DNA from: Candidatus Bathyarchaeota archaeon
GTDB lineage: Archaea; Thermoproteota; Bathyarchaeia; TCS64
Direction of reading: 5' to 3'
NCBI GenBank assembly: GCA_963771885.1
Contig: CAVYVF010000022.1
Span: forward strand, 1-64,000
Length of the DNA stretch: 64,000 nt
The position numbers and the translations under genes were made by a program. The notes beneath the pieces were generated by a model, which had not been told where the DNA came from, ran no database searches, and saw only the letters and a list, made by a program, of their open reading frames with translations. Shown here piece by piece: positions 28,512 through 38,750 of this stretch; position 1 is the first letter of the stretch, and every line of letters begins with the position of its first letter.

Positions 28512-28542
28512 GTACTCCGGAGTAGCGTATTTTGTTAAAAAA

Positions 28543-30058
28543 TTATTGGGCGACGGTGCTTGCCTCGAGCGCCATGTGGACGAATCTGCTCATCGGTGAG
28601 CTCAAGCTAGAGGCAGGGTAGACCTCCGCGAGCACCTTAACCCAGATGGGGAACCTGCACTTGAGCGCCGTGCCCTTTACAATCGCCTCCCCGGGTGGGA
28701 GGTCGCCTATGAGCTGCGAGAACTTGTCCCCCATTATCTCAGCCAGACGCTGCTTGTCAAGGTCCTCAAGACCATGACAGATGATGTTGTTTGCGCATTG
28801 GGTGATAACGGTCTTCTCCACCGTAGCGAGGCGCTGTGTAACGCACCAGAGGCCAACACCGTTGCGCCCCCCGTTCGTCGCTATTTCCTTGATGACCCCT
28901 AGAAGCTTGCCGCGGCTCTCCTTCTCACCTATCTCGAAGACGCCGTGCTGCGGTGCATAGTACATAGCCTCCTCGAGGACTACTATACAACCGAACTTCC
29001 TGTTCTCCAGCGCCTCCCCGAATATCTTCCGGAGGACCTGTGCGACGACTAGATGCTTCTGTTCCCACGTGTCCTTACCGTCGCTGAGGTCCATGATGAT
29101 AATCTTACGCTCCTTGAGGAGTTGGACGGGATCGAGCACGGTGGCTTCACCCTCAGGGATAAGCCGGCTCGTGACTATAGCGTTCTCGACCTGCGCACGA
29201 TATAGTTCCCACTCGTCTAACTTCTTGTTAAAACCCAGATTCTCAGGACTGACTATAGTGACGGCACGGCGGAGGTTCATCTTTGTCACCGTTGCCCCCT
29301 GCGCGTACAGTACCTTAAGCGCCTGTGTCAGTATCTTTGCGTTCCACCACGTCTTCTGCCAACCGAACTCGGCGACGTAGTCGTCCCACGGGATGTCTCC
29401 GGGTTGAAAGAAGCTGCTCCACGGCACCTTAAGCACCGCGCCTGAGCCAAGGCGGTCTGTTAGACTGCTGTACTCACCATCCTTATCGACTATGAAGAAA
29501 CGTACAGGGGGGCTGGCATTGGCAGCGCGCGCCACCATGCTAACGGCGGTCGTCGTCTTACCCGTCCCAACTGCTCCACAGATAAGACAACTCTGCCTGA
29601 TTAGAGGATAGAGCCCCAACTCAACATCCAAATCCGTGGTCGGGTCTGTACCAAGGAGGAGCTTCCAACTCCCCATTCGGCTTCGTGAACTTGCCGATTA
29701 TCTCGCGCTCGGCCACATAGACAGGCGTGTTCGGGGCGAGCGGGTAGCGAAGCGGGCGTAGGCTACCGTCGCCATCCATCCAGCCCCACTGATACGCCTC
29801 AGCGTGAAGACTAGAGTCCTCGGCGTCGTCTATGACGCGTCCCTCGGTGAGTAGCGCCTCCTCATACTCGCGGACACGCTTATGCGGATAGACCCTTATG
29901 ACTTGGTATACGACGGGAGAGCCATTCTTTGGGTGCTTTACGTAGACGAGCTCACCCTTGGCAAGCTCTCTACCCCTCATCATAAGCACAGTGACCTTGT
30001 CGATGCCGTACTCGCCGGTCATACTATACGTGTGTCCTACCTTCAGGCTCCCATCCAC
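28543..30058 (-). CDS. herA: HerA/FtsK-family ATPase (HAS barrel plus ATPase), split by an apparent frameshift at ~29672
   Basis: HAS-like N-terminus (GELVYVKH); Walker A GAVGTGKT, VDKDGEY, Walker B VVLEEA, TQR, LPPGEAIV. Confidence 0.85.
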
Positions 30059-31110
30059 TTACCCTCACCCCAGTAAGGCGCAAGTCCCCGGATCTCGCCG
30101 GTGCGCCTACTAACCCTGCTCAACGCCTCACCATAGACATCAGCCATGAAGCGACGCGTAATCTTGACCTCCTCATCCGCCTTCACGATGGGTAGAGGTA
30201 TACCGTTACCAAGAGTAGAACCGTAACAATAGTCGGCGACATCATCAAGAGCCCCGAGGCAGTAAGCGGGCAGATCAACCCTGATCGGTGGTAGACTCCA
30301 CTCCCTCGTCATCCGACCGTAGAAGCTGTAAACGGGGACGTCGAGGCACCCCATGAACTCGGCAGGTCTACTCGCCTGCGCCAGCGCCGCCTTCGGCGAA
30401 AAGATGTCCGTCCGCTCCCCCGGCTTTAACGCGTGGAGAAGGAGGAAACTGTCCGACAGCTGTGTCTCACCCTGCAGTCCGAGATGATAGATGAGATAGC
30501 GGGCGCTCGGTCTCTTCACTATCCCTGCAACGGTGACGCCCACCTCCCTGCAGAAGCGGAGTAAGTGGTTAACTGCATCAAGCAGCCTCTTCTGATCCTT
30601 GTGGCATCCAGCCAAACGCCACCAGTCGCTGAACGCAAGAGGCCCGTCTATGAGCATTAACTCAGTGTCGGGATGAGCCTCGAGATATATGGCGGCAGTC
30701 TCGTATAGCTTCGCCTCTCGCCTCGCGTTCACCATCCCCTCAAACCTATTTCCCGCGACACCGTACGGCAGGGACATCGCCTCTGGGGACATCCAAAATT
30801 TCAAGGAGTGGGGAAGACTGTACGCGAGTGCACTTATAACGCCGTACCTCCTTGACGCGAGAGGCAGTATCTGACTCCCCGCGTCAACACCCACGACCCG
30901 CTTATACGACTCATGCTTCGTCATCGGATAGAGGCACATCCCCTCCCTGATCCTCGCAGCAAGCGCCGCCACCGTCGGCTGCTCTAATGAAACATCCCTC
31001 GAAATTTCGCCTAAAAGAAGATCCCGTATAGACAGGCTCAAGCCGCCGCTCGGCTTCACAACTTCAACAGCGCCGCCCGCCCGCCTTTCAAGACTCAGCA
31101 CTCGCCACAT
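30043..31110 (-). CDS. nurA: NurA-family nuclease
   Basis: VVGVDAGS, LMLIDGPL, AGIVKRP, SDSFLL...LKPGERT, PIRVD, GIPLPIVKADEEVKIT; overlaps the herA start. Confidence 0.82.
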   Translation of the reverse strand: MWRVLSLERRAGGAVEVVKPSGGLSLSIRDLLLGEISRDVSLEQPTVAALAARIREGMCLYPMTKHESYKRVVGVDAGSQILPLASRRYGVISALAYSLPHSLKFWMSPEAMSLPYGVAGNRFEGMVNARREAKLYETAAIYLEAHPDTELMLIDGPLAFSDWWRLAGCHKDQKRLLDAVNHLLRFCREVGVTVAGIVKRPSARYLIYHLGLQGETQLSDSFLLLHALKPGERTDIFSPKAALAQASRPAEFMGCLDVPVYSFYGRMTREWSLPPIRVDLPAYCLGALDDVADYCYGSTLGNGIPLPIVKADEEVKITRRFMADVYGEALSRVSRRTGEIRGLAPYWGEGKWMGA

Positions 31111-31140
31111 TGCCCCCAGATAAGCATCTACACAACACAT

Positions 31141-31300
31141 TTTTTCCAGAATATATAAAGTGATCGGATAGACTGAGCAACATTTGGCTTATATGCCATT
31201 TTATATATAAAGCGAGAAATTATAACGCTCATAAATCATACTTCACGAGCGCTTAGGTCAAAAACAAAGTTAATAAGATGTTTAGCCCAGTTCTAAACAA
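31141..31300. promoter_or_regulatory. AT-rich divergent promoter region with palindromes
   Basis: TATA-like ATATATAAA and TTATATATAA; TGTTTAG-N7-CTAAACA at 31279-31299. Confidence 0.6.
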
Positions 31301-31546
31301 ATGTCCGAGGAATTTAGTCTAAAGGACAAGGTTTTCCGCAGCTTCCTACAGGACCCAACGTTGGGCCCGGAGGAGATGGCGACGAAGCTCGGGGCGAAAT
31401 ATAACAGCGTCAAAGACGCCTTCGCCAAGTTGGCCAAAGAGGGACTCCTCCAGAGGAGTGGCCGTGGCAACTATGAGCCTAACTACGCAGGCATCATCAT
31501 CCACCTCATGGACAGAGTCGATGAACTTGAGAAGAAGGCGAAGTGA
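31301..31546 (+). CDS. Small winged-helix protein 1
   Basis: EEMATKLGAKYNSVKDAFAKLAKEGLLQRSGRGNY. Confidence 0.85.
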   Translation: MSEEFSLKDKVFRSFLQDPTLGPEEMATKLGAKYNSVKDAFAKLAKEGLLQRSGRGNYEPNYAGIIIHLMDRVDELEKKAK

Positions 31547-31803
31547 TGGTAGAACAGATCGAGAAAGCGACTCAGGAGCTTAAACCGGACACGGCGCAGT
31601 TCAAGGTCCTCGCCTACCTCGCGTTCCGTGGACCTAGTCCCCCGAGCGCGATCAGCTCGGAGACGGGCATCGCCCCAGGTACCGTGCGCCCCGCCCTTCG
31701 CAGCCTGTTGGACAAAAAATACGTCCAGCAGCAGGAGGACGGCACGTACAGGTCGAGCATCCCTTTCACAGATTTCGTCTCCCACATATTCGCAAAGAAG
31801 TGA
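31543..31803 (+). CDS. Small winged-helix protein 2 (TrmB/MarR-like fold)
   Basis: KVLAYLAFRGP, AISSETGIAPGTVRPALRSLLDKKYV, DGTY. Confidence 0.85.
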   Translation: MMVEQIEKATQELKPDTAQFKVLAYLAFRGPSPPSAISSETGIAPGTVRPALRSLLDKKYVQQQEDGTYRSSIPFTDFVSHIFAKK

Positions 31804-32066
31804 AAACGATGGTGGGTGTCGAGGAGCTTGAGGGGCTAAGGCGGGCGGAGAGCCAACAGCAGGTCTTCCTCTGCCTCGTCGAGAGCGGTGAGGCGATGAG
31901 CAGCCAAGAGATCGCCGAGAAACTCAAGCTAACAGTCAACGCAGTCAACATCGCACTCTTCAACCTCAAGAACAAGGGACTCGTCGACCCTGTCAGCCGA
32001 GGCGTCTACAGGTACAAACTCGGCCCAATACTCGTGACACTAATGAAGGAGTACTTCACGAAATGA
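31800..32066 (+). CDS. Small winged-helix protein 3
   Basis: MSSQEIAEKLKLTVNAVNIALFNLKNKGLVDPVSRGVY. Confidence 0.85.
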   Translation: MKTMVGVEELEGLRRAESQQQVFLCLVESGEAMSSQEIAEKLKLTVNAVNIALFNLKNKGLVDPVSRGVYRYKLGPILVTLMKEYFTK

Positions 32067-32317
32067 TCGCCAAGAAGCTCGACGAACTAGAGCCAGCGAC
32101 GAGCGCCTACAAGATACTCTGCCACCTCGCCTTCAGGGGCAGCGTGTTGAAACCACAGGAGATCGCGCACGAACTAGGCGAGAACGGCTCCACGGTTCGA
32201 GCACGTCTAGCAGAACTAAAGAAGCAGGGCCTCGTCGAGTCCAAGCCAGAGGGATACTACTCCATCGTGTCGCCTTATGACATCATCATGAAGCTGTACC
32301 GGGACCTCGGCAAGTAG
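32063..32317 (+). CDS. Small winged-helix protein 4 (paralog of protein 2)
   Basis: KILCHLAFRG, EIAHELGENGSTVRARLAELKKQGLV, EGYY. Confidence 0.85.
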   Translation: MIAKKLDELEPATSAYKILCHLAFRGSVLKPQEIAHELGENGSTVRARLAELKKQGLVESKPEGYYSIVSPYDIIMKLYRDLGK

Positions 32318-32395
32318 CCACTTTCAGGCGCCTCTCTCCTCGCATCAGCTAAGTATCGTTTAAAAGTACATGGGAGAAAGTGCACACCGTTAGAA

Positions 32396-32770
32396 ATGTC
32401 AGAGAAGCAGCTCGCCGACCTAAGGGATAGGACGGACACACTCCTCAAGCTCCGCAAAGCCCCGAGCCAATTCCAAATACTATTCCACCTCCTCAGTAAT
32501 GCCAGAACCATGGCAGTAAAGGAACTCTCTACGGAGCTAAGCCTCACCCCAAAGGCGACCGAGAGAGCCGTCGCGAAGCTACTTGAGAAGAACCTCATAC
32601 AACGTAGCCCATTCAAGGAAGGCTGCTACGCCTGCGACGCCAAGCAGATCGTGTTAAGTCTACTCGTCACCGTCTCGGATATGTACGAAGACTATGAGAG
32701 GACGCATCCTAGACTAGCGCAGCCTGCTTCTCCCGAATCGGTGGCAGAACCTCCCGCTCTACCCAATTGA
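32396..32770 (+). CDS. Winged-helix protein 5 (paralog of protein 3)
   Basis: LRKAPSQFQILFHL, KELSTELSLTPKATERAVAKLLEKNLI, EGCY. Confidence 0.82.
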   Translation: MSEKQLADLRDRTDTLLKLRKAPSQFQILFHLLSNARTMAVKELSTELSLTPKATERAVAKLLEKNLIQRSPFKEGCYACDAKQIVLSLLVTVSDMYEDYERTHPRLAQPASPESVAEPPALPN

Positions 32771-33191
32771 CGCCCTTAGCCGTCAACTTGTAGATGCTCC
32801 CCCGCCCCTCGGGGCGGAAGAGGACGCCCTTCTTAACCATCTCGTGCAACCGAGCCGGCACAATTACTTTACGCCCGCTCTCGTTGAGGCACGTCTTCAG
32901 CTCCTTCCCCGTAGCCTGATAACCCTTCATCGCGTAGAGCAGGAGACCTATCGCCTCGTAGTGGCTTATCTCCTCCTTACAGACAAGAATAGGGCCGTCC
33001 CTCCTCATATCGACGATGTCCTTAAGATGATCCAGCGCCTGCTTGGTGACCAAGCTGGACACCTTTTCGTTGAGTGTCGTCACATACTCCTGTGTGAGCC
33101 ACTCGAGGCCGCTGAGAAGCTCCTGGGGACTCTCCCCGGTAACCTGTATGTCACCGAACTGAGTCTTCACCGTCAGCGTGATCCTAGGCAA
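32709..33191 (-). CDS. Two-domain protein: N-terminal beta-beta-alpha module plus C-terminal winged helix
   Basis: ITLTVKTQFGDIQVTG; ARLHEMVKKGVL...YKLTAKG. Confidence 0.75.
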   Translation of the reverse strand: MPRITLTVKTQFGDIQVTGESPQELLSGLEWLTQEYVTTLNEKVSSLVTKQALDHLKDIVDMRRDGPILVCKEEISHYEAIGLLLYAMKGYQATGKELKTCLNESGRKVIVPARLHEMVKKGVLFRPEGRGSIYKLTAKGVNWVEREVLPPIREKQAALV

Positions 33192-33192
33192 C

Positions 33193-33636
33193 TCACTTGG
33201 CCTCCTGAGTGTTCATAGTGTACATGTATCCCCTCTTTTTGTCCTTGTATCTTCGGACGGTCCCCTTCTTCACCAACCAGACAAGGACTCCGGAGAGTGT
33301 CGTCTTAGGGAAGAAAACCGCGTTCGCTTCCATCGCCTCCCTGAGCTCAGCTATCGTGCGAGGGGTCTTCCCCCAAGACTCGGAGAGTAGCGAGGTCACC
33401 GCCTCGCTGCACTGCGTCGTCCGAGGGATCTGAGGCAGCGACTCGACCTCGTGATTTTCCACTGACTTCTTCGGGCGCTGCCTTGTGGCAGATGTCTCAG
33501 CGGGGAATGACGCCGAGACCTTCTCGATAATCTTAGGGAGCTCATCGAGCGTCGCGAGAACCTCCGATTTCTCCCCTCCGAGCTCCACCTCCATCTCCCC
33601 TATCCGAACCTTAAGGTGGAAAGGGGGGCGGCTCAT
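33193..33636 (-). CDS. Two-domain protein: N-terminal beta-beta-alpha module plus C-terminal winged helix
   Basis: LKVRIGEMEVELGG; RTIAELREAM...LSGVLVWLVKKGTVRR...GYMY. Confidence 0.78.
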   Translation of the reverse strand: MSRPPFHLKVRIGEMEVELGGEKSEVLATLDELPKIIEKVSASFPAETSATRQRPKKSVENHEVESLPQIPRTTQCSEAVTSLLSESWGKTPRTIAELREAMEANAVFFPKTTLSGVLVWLVKKGTVRRYKDKKRGYMYTMNTQEAK

Positions 33637-33639
33637 TGT

Positions 33640-33878
33640 CTCACAACTCGTATTAGAATAATATTATAGGGCTTATAACTCTTATCGAATAGGGAATCGG
33701 TGTTTCTACGATTTCGTTGAGTTCATTTATAATGAAAAATTAGCTTAATTTAACGCGTTTCGAGGGTCATTATGCCCCATAATAACAGCTATTGTCCCAT
33801 AAATAATGAATGATGGGGATGATAAGTTCATAATACGTTTTCTAATGTACTAATATTAGGAAAATAGAGAGGGGTTAC
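33640..33878. promoter_or_regulatory. Long AT-rich intergenic region with clustered palindromes
   Basis: TTCATT-tat-AATGAA, AAATTA-gct-TAATTT, AACGCGTT, ATTATG-ccc-CATAAT within 33722-33783. Confidence 0.55.
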
Positions 33879-35781
33879 TTAGCTGAGGGTAGCCCTGAGC
33901 TTAGCCGCGATCATCGCCTGTACATCAGCTGCTTTCGCCCTACCCCTGACTTCCCCCATAACCATCCCCATGATTGGCCCCGCCGCCTTCTCACCCATCT
34001 TGGCGACGATGTCCCTGCTCGCCTTTATCTTGGCCTCGACGATCGAGGCGAGTTGAGCCTCGGAGAGGAGACCGATCCCGAGGGCGGAGATAGCCGCCTT
34101 CGCCGGGTTCGCAGGGTTCTTGGCGAGCCACGTCAGCACGGCGGGAACGGACTCTTTCACGAGCTCTCCCGAGGCTACGAGTGCGAACACGTCCCTGAAC
34201 GCGTCGTCACTCAGCGCCTCGATGGGGACGCCATCTCTCTGCAACTTCTTCATCTCCTCAGTCAGCGTCACAGCCACGAGCGTGGTCAACGGATTGTAGT
34301 CTCGTGTGAGCTCTTCGAATAGGCTCATGTACTCCGAGTCAACTATCTGCCTGGCGAGTTTCTCGTTAAGACCGTAGTCTTTCTGGAACCGTTTGAGCTT
34401 GGTCTCAGGCATCTCGGGGAGACGCATCCTCAGTTCTTTGAGGTACTCCTGTGTGATAGTTATCGCCTTGACGTCGGTCTCGGGGTACATCCTAGCCGCC
34501 CCGGGGCGGGGGCGAGTGAAGCGCGTAGTGCCGTCGGGGTTTGCCGAGCGGGTCTCGAGAGGTATGCCAGTTGAAGACGTCCCTTGCCCGCTCCACGACG
34601 GCGGTGAGCGCCCTCTTCGCCTTCCCCGCCTCGTCTGCGACTATGACAACGGCGTCACCCTCGACGGCGCCTACTAGGCTGCGGAGCGCATCGACCTCGG
34701 TTTGCGTGATACTGTAGCCGGGCAGCTCGTCTGTGTGAAAGATGCCCTTGACGCCGCCGCGGAACTTTGCGTGGTCGCTCATCTCGGTGCCGAGGCGCCT
34801 GTTTGGGCAGAGCTCCCTGCCGGTGAGACCGGCGAAGCCTTGTAGCTTAATCGCCTTGACGACTCCGCCCGACTTCAGGGCGGATTTCAGTATCTTGGAC
34901 TCAGTCGCCTTGAATACGGCTGAGACATCTAGCTGCTCGTCGACGATATCGGCGGGCTTGATGCCTCGCTTGACCAGCTCATCCTTGATTTCAAGGAGAC
35001 TCATCTGGCGAATCGCCTCGTACTCGACGATGGTCGGCATCAGGGGCAGGTCTTGAACGCCCTTGATCTCTACGACTTTACCGTTCATTACAGAGACGTT
35101 AACATCTTGGCGGATCGTTCCGAGCCCCCGGCGTACCTTACCCGTTGCACGGAGGATACCGCCGATACGGAGCGCAACCGCCTGCACCTCTGCTGGGTCG
35201 TGCATATCCGGCGCCGTAGCGATCTCCATCAGAGGGATACCGAGGCGATCGAGGCGGTAGCGGACGATGCTCCCCTCCTCTCCAACGTTCCTCGCCGCGT
35301 CCTCCTCGAGGCTGATCTGCTGGATGCCATAGCTCTTGCCATCCACCTCGACAGCTCCGCCGAGGCTGACGACGCATGTACGCTGGAAGCCGCCAGTGTT
35401 GCTGCCGTCGACGACCGTCTTACGCATGACATGAACCTCATCCACGACGCGGCTGCCCACCATCAATGCGAAGCTGAGGGTGAGATCGAGAGTCTCTGGG
35501 TCGAGCGGCCCCGGGGGCTCCTCATCCATCTCGACGAGACAGCTCGTCGCGTGGTCCCCCTCATATTGGATCGTCTTCCCCTTCAGGAACTCGAAGAGTG
35601 CCGCGGGGTCGAACTCACCGAGCTCGCTCTGACTCGGGCGTAGTCTGCGTAAGAACTTGAACTCGGGCTCCGCTTCGCTGAGCATCGGCGGACAGCCGCA
35701 GAAGAGCTTGTGCTGGGTGGCGAGCTCTTGGTGGACCTCGATGCCCACCTTGAGGCCTATCTTCTTGTAGTCGACCATCAA
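33879..35781 (-). CDS. gatE: Glu-tRNA(Gln) amidotransferase subunit E, apparent frameshift near 34550
   Basis: GLKVGIEVHQEL, DGSNTGGFQRT, LDRLGIPL, GTIRQDVN, MYPETD. Confidence 0.95.
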
Positions 35782-37111
35782 GGCTCCCTCCTAGCGTACG
35801 GCGTCCGGGGGTTATACTCGCCCACGACGTTCGTAAGCAACAGTTTCCTCGCCTCCTCGGTGGTCTTCGTATTGCCGAGACTCCACATCATCTTGACTAA
35901 CGCCGTCTCGGGCAGCATGTCCTCGAGTGGCTCGACGCCACGGCGGGTCAGCTCTCGCCCCATGCTGTAGACGTTCATGTTTACGCGCCCCCAGATGCAC
36001 TGACTGGTCATCCCCATGAGAACGCCTGCCTTGCCGGCGCGCCCTATCGACGTCGTAGAGCATCTCGGAGACGTGACCGAGGCCCGTCCCCTCGAAGACT
36101 ATGCCCCTTGAACCCGGCGTCTATTAGGGAGTCGATTATCAGCGGGTTGAAGCCGGGGTGGAACTTGAGTAAGGCGACCTTCTTCTCGAACTTGTTCATG
36201 ATTACGGGTTCAGAGTCTTGACGCTGGCCTGTAGTGCTCCGCGAGCATCTCGAATTTACCGTCCCTATATCGGGCGATTGGGCTAGCGTTGACAGTCTGG
36301 AAGGCATAGCGGGCGCTGCTGTGGCACTTGCGCACCTTTGCGCCGGGGTGGAAAATGATGGAGTCGTCGCTCGTGCCCTCGTGCATACCGAGCGACGACC
36401 TCAGCGAAGGGCGCGTGCGCCGCCGCGTTCACGACCGCGACGAGGTTGGTCGCCGAGTCGCTGCTGGGGCGATCGCTGCTCCTTGGCTGCCGACGAAAAT
36501 GACGGGTACGGGCAGATTCTGAATAGCGAGGCTCAGTGCCGCAGTGCTGTACCCCATCGTGTCCGTGCCATGGGTGAGACGATGCCATCTAGCGCCCTGC
36601 TTGATCTTCTCCGCGACCCTTTTTGCCATCCCCTCCCAGTGATCCGAGTTGATGTTCTCGCTGAAGACACTGTAGAGGATATCCGCCTCGATCTGGGCTA
36701 TGTCGGCGAGCTCGGGGACGATGCTAAGAGGTCCCGGCTGGACATGGCGGCGTAGACCCCACCGGTGACATAGTCGACTCGGCTCGCGATGGTGCCACCA
36801 GTGCTTATGATGCTGACTTTCGGCAGCCCCTCCTTGACAGGGGGGAGTGGCGGCGGGCGGAACTCGGGTTTTTTCGCCTCGCCGATCTTCTCGACATGCA
36901 GATCATCCGTCTGCGCGATGCCGATGTTATAGCCAGTCTTCTGCTTTATGACGAGGTGCCAGTCGTCTGCGTTCTCGACGCGGGGCAGGAGAGTGCCCTC
37001 GTAGGCGTGTCCTCCCGTGTGGACCCGCACGACATCCCCGACCCCAATCTTCGCCTCTGTGAGGAGCTCCCTGAGCTTCCCCCTGTAGCCGGGTAGAGTC
37101 TCGGCGGTCAT
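35778..37111 (-). CDS. gatD: Glu-tRNA(Gln) amidotransferase subunit D, several apparent frameshifts
   Basis: TGYNIGI, STGGTIASRVDY, THGTDTMGY, SSDRPSSD, SQCIWGRVNMNVYS, DMLPETA across ORF fragments. Confidence 0.92.
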
Positions 37112-37158
37112 TTAGAATCAGGATTTCTACCGCCTCTCTCCGTATTAAGAGATGCGGG

Positions 37159-38734
37159 TCATAGGTGCTTTGAGACGTAGACGCCATCCTTCTCGTAGCC
37201 GAAGCGGGCGTAGTACCGCTTGGTGCCGAGGGCACTCATCACAACCATCTTGCGCATATCGTAGCGCTCGCGTGCGGTCTTCTCCGCCTCAGCCATAAGC
37301 GCCTCACCCCAGCCCCTGTGTTGCCACGCGTCGTTGCGGCGCTCACCCACGGGCACCATACGGCCGTAAACATGTAGCTCACGGATCAATCCTGTATATG
37401 TATCCAGCTCGGGGCGGAACGGGGTATATGGGAATCCTGAGCCTTACGAAGCCGATGAGGGCATCCGACTCCCTGTCCTCAGCCTGTATGAAGTCCTCCG
37501 TACCCCCGGATGCCTCGTAGACTGTGTGGGTGATTTCGACCCTCTTCGGGTCCGCCTTCTTGACCGAGTGACCCGCCTCACTGCACCTTATGCACCTGCA
37601 CTTGCCCCCACACGCCACCAGGCGGTCCTCAGCTAGCTGGCGAAGATTGCTCATGTCGACACCCGCTTCGATCCTGGGGAGGGGGATGTCGCGCTGGACG
37701 CGCATGATGCGAACCCAGGGCGGGGTAATCTCCATGACCTTTGACACAAGCTCCGCCGCGTCCTCAGTGGTCAGCGGGGTGTACTCGCCCCGCTTCCACC
37801 AGTCGTAGAGGCGCGTCCCCTTCACGACGAGAGTCGGGTATATCTTGAGCATGTCTGGCTTGAAGCGCGGGTCCTCGAAGATGGCGTGGAAGCCCTCGAG
37901 GTCTCTCTCGGGGTTTGATCCGGGTAGCCCCGGCATCATGTGGTAGCATATCTTGAGGGCGGAGTCCTTGAGGCGCCTCGTGGCGTCGACAACGGTCTGC
38001 ACTGAGTGACCGCGGTCAACCACGTTGTAGATGTCGTCGTAGACGTTCTGGACGCCCAGCTCGACTCGTGTGACGCCGAGGTCGAGCATCCCGCTGACGT
38101 CCTTCTCCTCGACGCAGTCGGGGCGAGTCTCGACGGTGATGCCGACGTTCCTTAACTTTGACTCCTCGGCGTTGAGCTTCGCCTCCGCGAGGTCTGCCGA
38201 GTGCTTGTCTGTGAGGGCGTCGAGACATCCCTTGACGAAGCCCTCCTGGTACGGACGGGGCGAGGCGGGGAATGTGCCGCCCATCACAATGAGGTCGACC
38301 TTGTCGACGACATGCCCGATGCTCTGGAGCTGCTTGACGCGCGCCTTAACCTGCCTGTAGGGGTCGTACTCATTCTGGGCACCCCGCATGGCGGCGGGCT
38401 CGTACCCAGTGTAGCTTTGTGGGCTGTCCTCGTCAGGTCCCCCGGGGCAGTAGGCGCAGCGCCCGTGCGGGCAAGGATATGGCGCCGTCATCACAGCGAC
38501 GATGCTGACACCGCTGAGGGCACGCGCCTCCTTACGGCGGAGAATAGGGAGGAGCAACTCGGCCTCCTCCTCGGTGAGCGTCGCCAGAACCTCGGAGTTC
38601 CGCGGAATCTGAGGCAGCTCATATGCACGTGCTACCTCTATCTTGACACGGTCAAGGTCAACCCTCGAGGGCTCGTCAATAGTTAGAAGCTTCTCTACGA
38701 TCTCCCTGAGGGCGCGATCCAAAACCGAGTCCAA
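37159..38734 (-). CDS. elp3: Elp3 tRNA U34 carboxymethyl radical SAM/KAT enzyme, apparent frameshift near 37400
   Basis: CPHGRCAYCPGG, MGGTF, ETRPD, ELGVQ, KIYPTLV; IRELHVYG, WQHRGWG. Confidence 0.95.
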
Positions 38735-38750
38735 CTAAGGGATGAGGGGC

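Noticed and set aside
33640..33878. Replication origin
   Set aside because: No ORB-like repeats with G-strings and no adjacent cdc6/orc1 gene
33879..38734. gatD, gatE and elp3 as pseudogenes or programmed frameshifts
   Set aside because: Indels are scattered throughout the window and motifs are intact; consistent with sequencing error
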